Assembly: GCF_004010195.1 (NCBI RefSeq)
Contig: NC_057752.1
Location: forward strand, 11,910,777 to 11,963,058
DNA: 52,282 nucleotides
Direction: 5' to 3'
Source: Chiloscyllium plagiosum
Lineage: Eukaryota
The position numbers and the translations under genes were made by a program. Under the pieces are notes generated by a model. The model ran no database searches, was not told where the DNA came from, and saw only the letters and a list, made by a program, of their open reading frames with translations. Positions 23,403 through 35,960 of this stretch are shown here, in pieces (position 1 is the first letter of the stretch; the number at the start of each line of letters is the position of its first letter).

Positions 23403-23696
23403 AGTGGATCAGTGGTTAGCACTGCTGCCTCACAGCACCAGGGTTCCAGGTTCAATTCCAGCCTCAGGTGACTGACTATGTGGAGTTTGCACATTCTCCC
23501 CGTGCCTGCATGGGTTTCCTCCCACAGTCCAAAGATGTGCAGGTCAGGTGAATTGGCCATGCTAAATTGTCCATAGTGTTAGGTGTATTAGTCAGAGGGA
23601 AATGGGTCTGGGTGGGGTACTCTTTTTCGGAGGGTTGGTGTGGACTTGTTGGGCTGAAGGGCCTGTTTCCACACTGTAGGGAATCTAATCTAATCA
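23403..23696 (+). mobile_element. tRNA SINE (HE1-like)
   Basis: CAGTGGTTAGCACTGCTGCCTCACAGC head; AATCTAATCTAATC tail. Confidence 0.85.
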
Positions 23697-24049
23697 AGGG
23701 AATCTAATTTTACAGCTGTCCTGGCACCTTCCAGTTAAGGCCACGCCCCAAACCCAGCCAATGGGAAAAAAAATGTTATTTACACTTCTACAAGTTGACA
23801 GTGGACACCCACCCCTCCCCGACCACATCTCAACCCCACACATCTTCACACCAAAGTAACCACCCCTCACTCAGAATAACAGATAACTACCAAATGAATA
23901 CAATATAAAACAAACCAGATTTTACACCAAAGCAATACCAAGCCTCTAAGGCCTGAGACCACAAAAGGGAAAAGAACAAAGAAAAAGAGAAGATTAAAAA
24001 TAAATTATACCATTGTCCGCACATATCTTTTCCTTTTTTCCCCCTCGGT

Positions 24050-25048
24050 CCAAGTCTATTATTTCAATGAGTACAAAAATTCTTTTGCTTTTTCCGCCCA
24101 GTCGAAATTGTAAACAGATTCCCTCATAATTAAAACATAGCACTGCCGGTTACCTCAGAGAATATTGAATATTTGAGTCTCTTAATTTTTTCTTTACATC
24201 ATCAAAAGTCTTCTTTTTCTTAATCATGGTCCCAGAAAAGTCTTGAAAAAACATTATCCTCAAACCATGATAAACCAGAGCTGTGGATCTCTTCCCAGTC
24301 TTCTGGCTGTTTTTATTATTAACTGCTTCTCTTTATAGTGCTGGAGTTGCACTAGGACTGGACAGGGGCACTAATCCAGCCTGGACCTGAATATCGCGAT
24401 CCGGTGGGCCCGCTCCACACTCCCCTCACCCAACTCTATCTCCAGCCCCAGCAACTCTGGGAGCCACCTCTCAAGAAATTCAGCAAGGCTTTCGCCATCG
24501 TCACATTCCTGAAAGACACACAACAAGTTTTTTCTCCAACCTCAGTTTCTGCGGTCGTCTACTTGTTCCAGCAGGGCCCGAACCTGGCTTTCCAAGGTTC
24601 AGACCCCCCCCCCTTGGAGCTCTCCATCACGACCGCGAAGGCTGCGGTCCTGTTCCACCACTTCCACACGCCGATCCAAAGCCTGGACCTCCTGCTCATG
24701 CTTTGTCAGCATGGCAGTTATCAGTTCCAGCACTCCCTCAATTTTTTTCAGTTTTGCAAACTCCATGAGTAGATGCTGCTGCTCCTCCACCAAACTTAAA
24801 AGGCGCCGCCACAGGAGTCGAAGCAGCAGCTGTGGGTGTGCCCGACACAGAAGCAGAGTGCCATGCCTGCTGCACTCCCCTAGCTCCATCCTTTAGATGT
24901 CTTCATTTCAACTCCAGAGTCTCTAAATCCTAATTTAAAGGGGTTCTAGGTGCTCTACCTATTTTGTACTAAAAAGTTTCCACTCAAGATATGGCACAGA
25001 GCCCAACACAGCAGACTTCTCAGACTGCCACCATCTTGAATCTCCCCA
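24050..25048 (-). mobile_element. L1-clade LINE 5' fragment (degenerate ORF1)
   Basis: 5' end GGGGAGATTCAAGATGG; coiled-coil segment HEQEVQALDRRVEVVEQ; ORF1 C-terminal FQDFSGTMIKKKKTFDDVKKKLRDSNIQYSLR*PAVL. Confidence 0.75.
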
Positions 25049-26374
25049 TCATTAGACTTTTAATTCTAGGTTTTTATTGAATTCAAATTCCACCATCTGC
25101 CATGGCAGGATTAGAACCTGGTCTCCTGAACATTATCTGGGTCTCTGGTTTAACAGTTTAATCACTCTTTAATCTTCTGAATTCTAGGGTTGACAAACCT
25201 AGTTTTTAAAAAAATTCTTTTATCCCTTGGAATCAAGATGTCTCTCAAGTCCATCTACAGTGCAATCTTCAATAACTCTCCTAAATATGCTCACAACTCT
25301 CCCAGTGTGGTCTGTAACCAGGGTAGGGCATATACGTAACAGAGAATGCTAGAGAAACCCGTGGTGAGAGAGAAAGTGAACGTTTCATATCCAATATGAC
25401 TATCCTTCAGAACGTTGCCAGTGCTGAAAATAAAAATAACAATACATTTAGAAAATAATCTTTTTATTGTAACATGCAGCTGAAAATAGAATAGTGAAAA
25501 TAAAATTAAAACTACACAAATTAAACTATATCCCTCCAAAATCCCAAGCCTGCGCAAGCTAATAAGTCCTGATTTCAAGCACAAGTTAAATATTGCATTC
25601 TTTTCAGCACTGCAACCAAAAACAGAGGAGCAGGTTTTTAAGGAAATCAAAAAGGGAGTGCAAGCACCCACAACCAATACATACATGGTCCACAGACCCC
25701 ACAGCGCCATAGAATATGCATTTGGGTTAGGAGTCCATGAACTATCGCACCCTCAACCCCAGATCCCCGACAGAGAGGGGGAGGACTCCCATGTTGAGCT
25801 GGGGATCCCCACCGGCTGGTGGCAAATGGACACGCTGAGCCGTGTCTATGCAGTGGATGAGGGGAATCAGGTGGACAGTGTGCAGCAGCAGTCGATACTG
25901 CCATTTTATGCCCTTAAAGGGGGCAAAACTAAAATTCCAGAAGGGGCTCAGGCTCTTTAAAAGTTTTTTAAAAAAAGTAAAATATGGTAATGCTTGGAAC
26001 CAATGGGAATGTGGTTTGTGTTTTAAAGCTGTTACAAGAATATTTTGGGAGACAGGAAGGTTGTTCCAGACCCCCTAAATTTCTTTATTCTCTTCTCCTC
26101 CCCCCCCCAGTAAAAACTTGTAACTGAACCATCTGTATCTAGGAAGCACTCATCTTGGGATATCAAGTGACAGGAAAGTGTAGATTAATTGACTGTTCTC
26201 ACTTGAGGATATTTGTATCCTTATCTACTCCCAAAATCTTACACCTTGGGTTCACTAAAGAGGCAACCAGAAAATTAAATCTCATCTTGTAATCAAAAAA
26301 TTGTTTTCTGGGACTTCAAAATCTTGCTGCTAGCAACAATTCATCCTGGAAGAAGTAAAGAGGAAGGTTCTCCT

Positions 26375-26469
26375 TCACTGCAGATCTTTAGCATCTTGAA
26401 ACTTTTCCACGGAGCTGTTTGTCGAAATCGCCACTCCAAAATCGGAATATTGTGACTCAGATGTACCCA
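26375..26469 (-). CDS. TNFRSF-like receptor, last coding exon
   Basis: Acceptor attttttgtatttcAG, phase 1 as required by the preceding exon; (V)GTSESQYSDFGVAISTNSSVEKFQDAKDLQ*. Minus-strand AATAAA at 26089-26084 and 25468-25463. Confidence 0.65.
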
Positions 26470-29400
26470 CTGAAATACAAAAAATATCAGAAATTTTCAA
26501 ACTATACAAGCTATTTCACAAAGAGCACAAAACCAGTCCCAGTGTGGGAAAGGACAGTCATGTTGAACTTGGGGCAAGATAATTGTTAGACCTCAACTGG
26601 AGTATTGTATACAGTAGTGAACACCTCATTATAGGAAGACTATGAATGTATTGGAGACAGTGCAGAAGCATTTTACAAGAATAATTGTAGGAATGAGAAA
26701 CTTCAGTGATGAAGATAGATTGAAGGAGTTGGGACTATTCTCCTTTGAGAGAAGGCAGCTGAGAGGAGATTTGATAGAGGTTTTCTGAGTCATGAGTGGG
26801 CCAGGCAGAATAGATAGGGAGATGTATTCCCACTCGTGAAAGGAAAACGAATGTGATGTGCAAAGTAAGCAAGGGTGATATGACAAAAAAATGAATTCAT
26901 ACAGCAAGTACTTAGGATATGCAATGCACTCAATCGAGGCATTCAAGAGGGCAATGGCTGATTATTTGGAGAAAAATAATGCGCAAGTGTTTCAGGAAAA
27001 GTCAAGATTAGCACTAGGTAATGATACTAGTTTAACAAGCCGGTGCAGAGATGATGGGCCGATTATTCTGCGATAATCCTCCCGTCCACTTTCCTGCCTT
27101 TTCTCCATAACTCTGGATTCCCATATTGATCAAAAATCTATCTCAGCCTTTAAGCATTTCAAGGCCCAGTCTCTGCAGAGAAGAATTCCACACATTCAGC
27201 ATCCTGAGAGAGAAGAAATTCCTCATCTCTATCTGAAATGGGTGACCCATTACTCAGATTATGCCTTCGGTCCTAAACCCTCCCAGAAGGGGAACTAAGG
27301 AAGGTGATGACCTAATGGTATTATCACATTAAATATATGCCCCCTCATTCTTCTTCCTTTCGTGAGGGGGAATATTTCTCCCTATCTAATCTGTCTGACC
27401 CACTCATGATTTAGAAAACCTCTATCAAATCCCCCATAAGAATTGTAACTGAAGAATCTGTACCTATGACGACTTAATATTAATCCAGAAACTCCACTAA
27501 CGTTCTGGAGAACATTCCACCACAGCAAATGGTGGAATTTGAATTCAATAAAAGAAAATTAAGAATCTGCTGAAAACCACAAAACCATTGCCAATTGTTG
27601 GAAAAACCTATCTGGCTCACATATATCCTTCAGGGAAGGAAGTTTGCCATTCTCACTGGATTTGACCCCCACTCTCGTTCCATAGAGAGTAGTTGAGAGT
27701 CAACCATATTCTGACATGGCTCAGTAAGCCACTCAGCTGTCTCAACTGCTACAAAGTCTCAACAAAAATGAGACCAGATGTAATATCTGGCATTGACCGA
27801 GACACAGCACAGAGGCTGTTCAGGAATACCGCTCAGGGCATCTATGAATGGGCAATAAATGCTGGCCAGCCTGTGACACCCACATCCTGCAAGTGAATTT
27901 TTTTAAAAAATCTTCTACGTCTACCCTGTTAAGACCCCTAAGAATCTTATATTTTTCAATAAGGATACCTCTCATTCTTTCGGATTTTAATGAGTATAGG
28001 TCCAATTAGCTTAACCTCTCCAGACCCGGTATCTGCCTAGCGAACCTTCTCTGGACTGCCTCTAATGCCAGTACATCTTTGCTCAGACAAGGGGCCTAAA
28101 ATGGTTCACAATGTTCAAGGTGTGGTCTAACTAGTGCCTTGTATAAATTTACAAATTCTTCTTTTTGTCTACTTCTGCCAAATTAACTTTCCCAACCTAC
28201 ATGAAGCCTGATTTCCCTTATAATGTACTACCATTTTTACATGCGCTCTTTGTCTACCGATTTCTTCTTTGTCAGCTACTGTTAGAGGGCCTAGAGACTG
28301 CAAAACTGATTCACTGTGAACAGTTGAAAACTTTCCAAGGTCAGTCATGCTGTCCTTAATTATTGACTGGACCTAGCATTAGTGAATGTGAATTGGTCTA
28401 CAAGCTAACTGGTCTACAATTCCTTTTCTCACTTTTCCTAAATAGCTGAATGACATACAATTTGCCAATCTACAGGAACAGTTTTTAAATGAAGAGAAAT
28501 GTAGAAGATTATATTTCAGACATCTGTAACATTTTCATTTACTTCCTTTAAAAAGATACAGAAATAGGTATTCAGAAACCACATGGCGATTTGTCACCTT
28601 TCAGTACCAATATTTTTGTCAGTAACATTATTGTGCTCATGTTAGTTTTGGAGAGTCCTTGACCCTGCTTCAATATTAGAATGTTTAGCAGGCTGACCTC
28701 TTCCTCTGCCAAAAATAGTACAAAATGATGGAAGTAACATTTTCACTGTTGGTCTATTCTGTTACTTCGATTGCACATCCAAGTACTTTTTAAAATGTTG
28801 AGGGATTCTGCTTCTGCCACCCTTTCAGGCAGTGAGTTCCCAAGGATGGTGACAATCTGAAAGGGTTTTCCCTCAAAGCCCATCAAAATCTCTCATCTCT
28901 TATCCTAAATCTATATCCTCGATTATGGACCGTACAATTAAGGGCAATAGATCCTTCCTATTCTCACTAACTGGGTCCCTCATTGGTCTCTCCTCAGCCT
29001 CCTTGGTTCCAGTGGAAACAAACTTCAGCCTATCCAGTCTTATCTCATAACTAAAATTCTCCAGTCCTGGTAACATCCTCATAAATCTCTTCTGCACCCT
29101 CTAATACGTTCACAACTTTTCGACAGTGTGATCAGAACTGCACACAATACTCCTATCGTGGTCAAACTAGTGTTTTATACAATTCCTGCATAATCTCAGA
29201 GCTCTTAAACATGGACCCAAAAAAGGCCTCAAGTCTTCTTGCCCTCTATATCTTCTTATCCAGCCATCTTCATTGATCTGTTCCTCTACTCTTCTCAGTA
29301 TCTCTCCATTTGACATCAGCCCTCTCCAAATGCATAACCTCACACTGCACTGGACTCAACTCTATTTGCCCCTGTTCTGCCCAGCTGACTGGCCCATTGA

Positions 29401-30419
29401 TACCTCCCTGTCGTCTCTAGCTTTCTCCCTCGCTATCAGAATTACAGCCAATTTTTGTATTGTCTGCAAATATCTTAATCATAACCCCTATATATTCAAA
29501 TCCACATCATTGACGTATACCACAATATGCAATGGAGTAGTACTGAGCACTATGGAACCTTACATGGAAGCAATTTTCCAGTCACAAAAACATTTCTGCC
29601 TCTGAGCCAATTTTAGATCCAACTCACCACTTTGTCTTAAATCCCATGGGATTTTACATTTGTGACTTATATGGACTTGATGAAAGCCTTGCCAAAATTC
29701 ATATTTACTACAATCAATTACTCCCATCAACACTCCAGGTCACAACCTCAAAAAATATAGTCATATCTGACTGACCTGACTTTGCCTTACTAAATCCATG
29801 ATGATTGTATAAAGATTATGAGGTACATTGATAGGGTAGATGGGAAAGCACTTTTTCCATTAGTAGAAGAATCAATAACCAGAGTCACAGATTTAAAGTA
29901 AGAGATAGAAGGCGAAGAGGAGAGTTGAGGAGAAATGTTTTCACCCAGAGGGTAGTGGGCATCTGGAACACCCTGCCTGAAAAGGGTGGTTGAGTTTTAA
30001 ACTCTCAATATTGAAGCAGTATTTTAAATATTCACTTATATTATCGCCTCCAAGGATATAGGCCAAAACCTGAAAAAATGAGATCGGTGTAGTCAGATCT
30101 TTGTTGACAAGCATGGGCCAATGGACCTCCTTCTGTGCTGTAAGTGTCTTCAAGTCTATGGTAAAGGTTATGGCTTTGGAAGGTCCTGTTGATGGAAGCT
30201 TGGTGACTAAACCTTATACCTGGTAGTCACTGCTAAATTATGTGAATTGGAGGTGGTTGGTGTGTCTATCAAGTGAGCTGCTTTGTCCGGGATGATATCA
30301 CTTCTTATGTGCCATTGCAACCATAACTATCCAGGAAAGTGGGGAGTATTTCATCACACTCCTAGCTTGCATCTTGAAGATGGTGGACAGATTTTGGAGA
30401 GTCAGGAGCTGGGTTAAAA

Positions 30420-31590
30420 CATAGAACATTACAGCGTAGTACAGGCCCTTCGGCTCTCGATGTTGCGCTGACCTGTGAAACCACTCTGAAGCCCATCTAA
30501 CCTATACTATTCCATATGCCTATCCAATGACCATTTAAATGCCCATAAAGTTGGTGAGTCTACTACTGTTGCAGGCATTGCATTCCACCCCCCTACTCCT
30601 CTGAGTAAAGAAACTACCTCTGACATCTGTCCTATATCTATCATCCCTCAATTTATAGCTACGTCACCTCGTGCTAGCCATCACCATCCGAGGAAAAAGG
30701 CTCTCACTGTCCACCCTATCTAATCCTCCAATTATCTTTTATGTCTCAATTAAGTCACCTTTCAACCTTCTTCTCTAACGAAAACAGTCTCAAAAGACCC
30801 TCAGCCTTTCCTCATAAGACCTCCCGTCCATACCAGGCAACATCTTAGTAAGTCTCCTCTGAACCCTTTCCAAAGCTTCCACATCCTTCCTATACTACGG
30901 TGACCAGAACTGTATGCAGTACTCCAAGTGTGGCTGCATCAGAGTTTTGTACAGCTGCAGCATGATCTCATGGCACCGAAACTCAATCCCTCTCCCAATA
31001 AAAGCTAACACACCATATGCCTTCTTAACAACCCTTTCAATCCAGGTGGCAACTTAAGGATCTATGTACCCAGACACAGAGATCCCTGTGCTCATCTACA
31101 CTACCGAGAATCTTACCATTAGCCCAGTACTCTGTATTCCTGATACTCCTTCCAAAATGAATCACCTCACACTTTTCTGCATTAAATGACATTTGGCACC
31201 TCTCAGCTCAGCTCTGCAGCTTATCTATGTCTCTCTAACCTACAACATCCTTCATCACTATCTACAACTCTGCCTACCTTAGTGTCATCCACAAATTTAC
31301 TAACCCATCCTTCCATGCCCTCATCCAGGTCATTTATAAAAATGACAAACAGCTGTAGACCCAAAATAGATCCTTGTGGTACACCACTAGCAACTGAACT
31401 GCAAGATGAATATTTCCCATCAACAACCATCCTCTGTCTCCTTTCAGCTAGCCAATTTCTGATCCAAACCACTAAAATACCTTCAATCCCATGCCTTCAT
31501 ATTTTGTGCAATAGCCTACCCTGTGGAACCTTATCAAACGCCTTACTGAAATCCATATACACCACGTCAACCGCTTTACCCTCATCCAGA
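30420..31590 (-). mobile_element. CR1 RT/3' fragment
   Basis: SGVPQGSILG, SKFVDDTKVG; 3' tail near 30420. Confidence 0.88.
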
Positions 31591-31837
31591 TTCCTAACAT
31601 CTGACCTGCTCTTGTAGCTACTATATTTATATGTCTGGTCCAGTTCAGTTTCTGGTCAATGGTAACCCCTAGGATGTTGATAGTGTGCAATTCAATGATT
31701 ATAATGCTAATGCATGACAAGAGGAGACAGTTAGATTTTCTCTTGTTGGAGGTGGTCATTTCCTGGCATTTGTGTGGCACAAATGTGATTTGCCACTTTT
31801 CAGCCCAAACCTGAACGTCGCCCATTTCTTGTATCAG

Positions 31838-32012
31838 AGTTAAACATCACATGACACCAGGTTATAATTTAACAGGTTTATTTGAAAAGTACAAGATTTC
31901 AGAGCACTGCTCCTTCGTCAGGTAGCTATGAAGGAGCAGTGCTCCGAAAGTGTTGGACTATAACCTGGTGTTGTGTGATTTTAACTTTGTCCACCCCAGT
32001 CCAACACCAGCA
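31838..32012. mobile_element. Palindromic Penelope-derived element inserted in an older LINE remnant
   Basis: Inverted arms with decayed hammerhead cores on opposite strands (CTGACGA-aggagcagtgctct-GAAA on minus; ..TGA-aggagcagtgctcc-GAAA on plus). Confidence 0.7.
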
Positions 32013-33167
32013 CCTCCCATCATCAGTATCTGAGGATTCACAAATGGTGCTGAATATTGCGCAATCATTGGCAAACATCCCCACTTCTGACCTTACAATG
32101 GAGAGAAGACCATTGATGGAGTAGCTGAAGATGGTTGGGTCTAGGACACTACCCTGAGGAACTCCCGCAGAGGTGTTCTGTAGCTGTGATGACGGACCTT
32201 CAACAACCACAACCATCTTCCTATGTGCCATGTATGACTCCAACCAGCAAAGAATTTGCCCCGATTCCCAGGGACTCCAGTTTTGCTAGGGCTCCTTGAT
32301 GCCACACTTTCGGGGCAACTGAGCATGCATGCTCACTCAGAAACACACATGCATTGGTTCCAGACTCTCTAGGTTACTGCATCATGCAGAAAGTACAGAC
32401 TACTCATGCACAGAACAGGCACAACCCTGAAATGAGAATTGGACATGATTGGAAGAAGACAACAGATGAGATCCACTCACACCCCCAAACATAGGTAGAT
32501 AATGTTATGATCACCATTTGATAAATACTCTTTGATAAATGACTCTATGAATCTTGCACCATTAAGATGTGAACTAAATGTGTCTCATTATGGATTACTA
32601 ATCTAATCTAATGTGGAATGGCCCTTGTTAGTTCTAGGGCATCATATTTGAGAAAATTACCTTAGATACACTCTAGAAATTCACTACCTTTCTGACATCT
32701 ACTAGTTTGATTATTCCAATCTGAAAGGCAAAATTTTCCCATTACCATCTTTCCTACATGCTTGGCATGATACATTCTACTACTTTACAACTATGATGAC
32801 CGTTTTCTATCTCTTAATTCTACCTATAAAGTTTCCACTACATACACTACTGAATGACAAAAGGATACAACGAGGGGTAACATCTCTTCAATCAGTCATT
32901 ATGACTATCTCTCCCATGACTATTTTCCAGAGTCTTTTCTGCGGACCATATAATCTTGTTTATTCAGTCCCTAGTCTTGATTGGCTTACATCCATATCCC
33001 AGTACAGCTACCACATCTGACCCTCCAAGTTGAACTTGCACCTGCAAATCATTACTGTCCATAATAACTGAATCCAGGAAATTCAGTAAGGTTAATTTCA
33101 TGCAGACATATTTGAAAACTGAAGACCAGAGGCTGGTCCGTCCTCACTTTAATGCTGACACACTCAC

Positions 33168-33324
33168 CATCTTTCATTTTTACTGGGGCAAAGTCATGGA
33201 TTGGCTTGGTATGAGTTGAGAAACTATCCATTGACTTCTCTTCTAATGAAACCCGCAAAAATGTTTGGTGGCCCTCCTCTTGCACAGGTCGCTGGATAAC
33301 TGCTTCCTTTTCCTTAGTCTTCTG
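33168..33324 (-). CDS. TNFRSF-like receptor, cytoplasmic exon with TRAF-binding motifs
   Basis: CAGCAG acceptor, G|GTGAGT donor; 157 bp, phase 0-1; only one open frame: QKTKEKEAVIQRPVQEEGHQTFLRVSLEEKSMDSFSTHTKPIHDFAPVKMKD. Confidence 0.78.
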
Positions 33325-33854
33325 CTGAGTGAGGACATTGCAATTAAAAAAACAAATCAAGCCGGTCATTAAATTACAAATTATTGACTTGGGAACTCCA
33401 GCACAGTTCCCATACATTAATATTAGAGATGAGAAGGGTATCCCGACCACCCCTACTGCCAAATTCTACACTGTACTCCAACAAGAAGCAGCTTTGAACT
33501 GGGAGCTTTAGATCATGAAATCTTCACTAATATCTTTTAAACAAGATAATGATTTTTGATGTTTTGATTCGGAGACTTGAATGTTGCCCCTGTAGAGAGA
33601 AGCTAACCTAGTCCTCTCTCAGATTAGAAAATTTCTCTCATGTGACAGATGATCACCACTCATCTCTGGGTGTCAGCTTCCATTACAACCATCTCTCTCA
33701 ATCAAATTAACCAATCAATCAATACTGGTTTTCTCACACTGCATGTGGGTGAAAGGTGGACAAATGCTAGTTTTGGCTTGTAAACCATTTGATATCGTTA
33801 CTGTTGTACCAAACTGACCAACCCAGATTGTAACATCATTACATTTGGGGAAGC

Positions 33855-34190
33855 TGTGGTGCTGTAGTGATAAATTACTAGGCTTATAATCCAGATCCCA
33901 AGGCAAGTGTTCTGAGGACATGGGTTCAAATCCCACTATGGCAGATGGTAAAATTAGAATTCAGTAAAATCTGGAATGAAAAGCTAGCCTAATGCTGACC
34001 ATGTAACCATCATTGATTGTTGCAAAAAAAAAAAGGCTTCCCTAATGTTCTTTAGGAAAGGAAATCGGACCTCACCTGGTCTGGTCTACGTGACTTGAGA
34101 CCTACAGCAATGTAGTTGACCTTTATCTACCCTGGGCAATTCAGGGTGGACAATAAATGTTGGTTCAGCCAGTGATGCCTACCTCTCATA
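33855..34190 (+). mobile_element. tRNA-headed SINE sharing its 3' tail with the LINE at 45790-47070
   Basis: GGGTTCAAATCCC B-box; tail GGGCAATT..GGG..CAATAAATG.TGG..AGCCAG also seen near 47010-47045. Confidence 0.7.
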
Positions 34191-35665
34191 AATGAGTGGA
34201 AAAAAAAATCTTACTGTGAAACAAAGGTTGCAGATAACCTAAAGGCTGATTCCATCATTTAAAAAGGCAGAAATAATTGACAAACTCACGCACAAATGCT
34301 GACTGAACAACCCTACTATGTTATCAATGGAGTATTGAGAATGAAGGAGAAGGATTAGAAGTAGAATCCAAACACTAATTAAAGAATTGCCATGGCAAAA
34401 CAAAATCATCCTAACTAACAAGAAACAAGCAGAGACAAATTCAATTGGAACAGAAGGCATTTCATACACTTGGGATAACTCAGCATAATAGGGACAAATA
34501 TCACATGCAATTGAGGGACACAAAAACATCCAGAAGATTAACCTCTGGAAATCTTGAAAGAAACAGATATGAAATTGTAGCAGTAATGGTAAATGGTCTT
34601 TTAGTGAACATCTAATTCAAACTTAGTCTCAGGTTAGGAGAGAATTGTTCAATGGCTATTTACATCAATTAATATTCCTGTACATTTTTCTAAGCTCATC
34701 ATTGAATGGCATTATTAAATAGATAGCAATACCACTTTGGTTAGTTGATAGCACTCCCAGGTCTGGATAATCACCTAATGGGGATTAGAAAGTGGGGACA
34801 AGAGCGCTGAGAGTGCTTTTTCTGCATCTTCAAGAGTTCAATAAAGTCAGGGATGGTTCTAATTTGACCTATCACATACAGTTCCTACCTTCAAGAAAAT
34901 AATGGAGGAGATCACAGCCAGAGATCTAAAGGCCTATCAGCCTCATTCCCATGAGTAGGAAGATACTACAATGGATCCTAGAAGATTTATGATCACCGGG
35001 AAAGGGATGGGCCATTACAAACTCACAACATGAAGAAACATTGGTAAGAAATCACTACGTAGTGGTCAAGCAAAATTCAGTATTTATCTGATAAGTGTAT
35101 TCTGCTTTGGTCCTACCAATGTGCAAAACATTACATTTATCCAAATTAACTACCATTTACAACGTATGGTCCATTCCCCAGCACATCTTTTGCATTTGAT
35201 TTCATTTCTTTCTTAATTGTTGTATTTGGTGTCATCTGCAAACCTGCTGCCCATGTTCCCAACAGCACTGCTCACGTCATGCAAACAGACTGTGAAGCTT
35301 GTGAGTGTTGAGTCAATTGCTGAGTGACACCAGTAGTCATAGGTCTTCAAGCTGAACCATCTACACCAATAACTAGTGACTCTCTTGTCAGTCATCTCAA
35401 ACACTGGTTGGCTAACAAAAATGAATTTTTGTTACTCTTGTATCTCATCTCCATGGAAACATTGAGTGTTACAAGGAAACAAAACCAACCCGGGATGGAA
35501 ACTGATCTCAGATCATTTTGAATTGGGCTCCAATGGGAAAATAGATTGAGTTTGCTGTAAGCTAAGTGGCACATTCACTCCCATCCACAGCACACTTTAC
35601 CTCCCTTTGTTTGAACCCAGATTACAAAGAACATAAACTTCATCCAGGAAACAAAATTGGCTTAC

Positions 35666-35685
35666 CTCTAAACACCATGCGATAG
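35666..35685 (-). CDS. TNFRSF-like receptor, 20-bp juxtamembrane microexon
   Basis: tttttgtcttttAG|CTATCGCATGGTGTTTAGAG|GTAAGC; phase 1 to 0, exactly bridging the TM and tail exons; (A)IAWCLE. Confidence 0.75.
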
Positions 35686-35754
35686 CTAAAAGACAAAAAT
35701 ATAAAATAGTTTTTAAATAAGATTCTCACAAATTCCTGATAATAATCAAACAAA

Positions 35755-35960
35755 AACAAAATTTTGTAAATACTCAGCTGGCTTGCAGCATCTCTGAAGA
35801 CAGAAACAGTCAAACGTTTCAAATCGAATACAACACTTCTTCAGAGCTGCACTTGCAGTTTGGAAGAAGTTATATTAGAGTGTAGACATTAACTCTGTTT
35901 CTCTCTTCACAGATGCTGCCAGACCAGCTGAGTATTTCCATCACTTCCTGCTTTTATTTC
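35755..35960. mobile_element. Degenerate palindromic Penelope-derived element
   Basis: Inverted arms AAATACTCAGCTGG..GCAGCATCT / AGATGCTGC..CCAGCTGAGTATTT. Confidence 0.6.
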
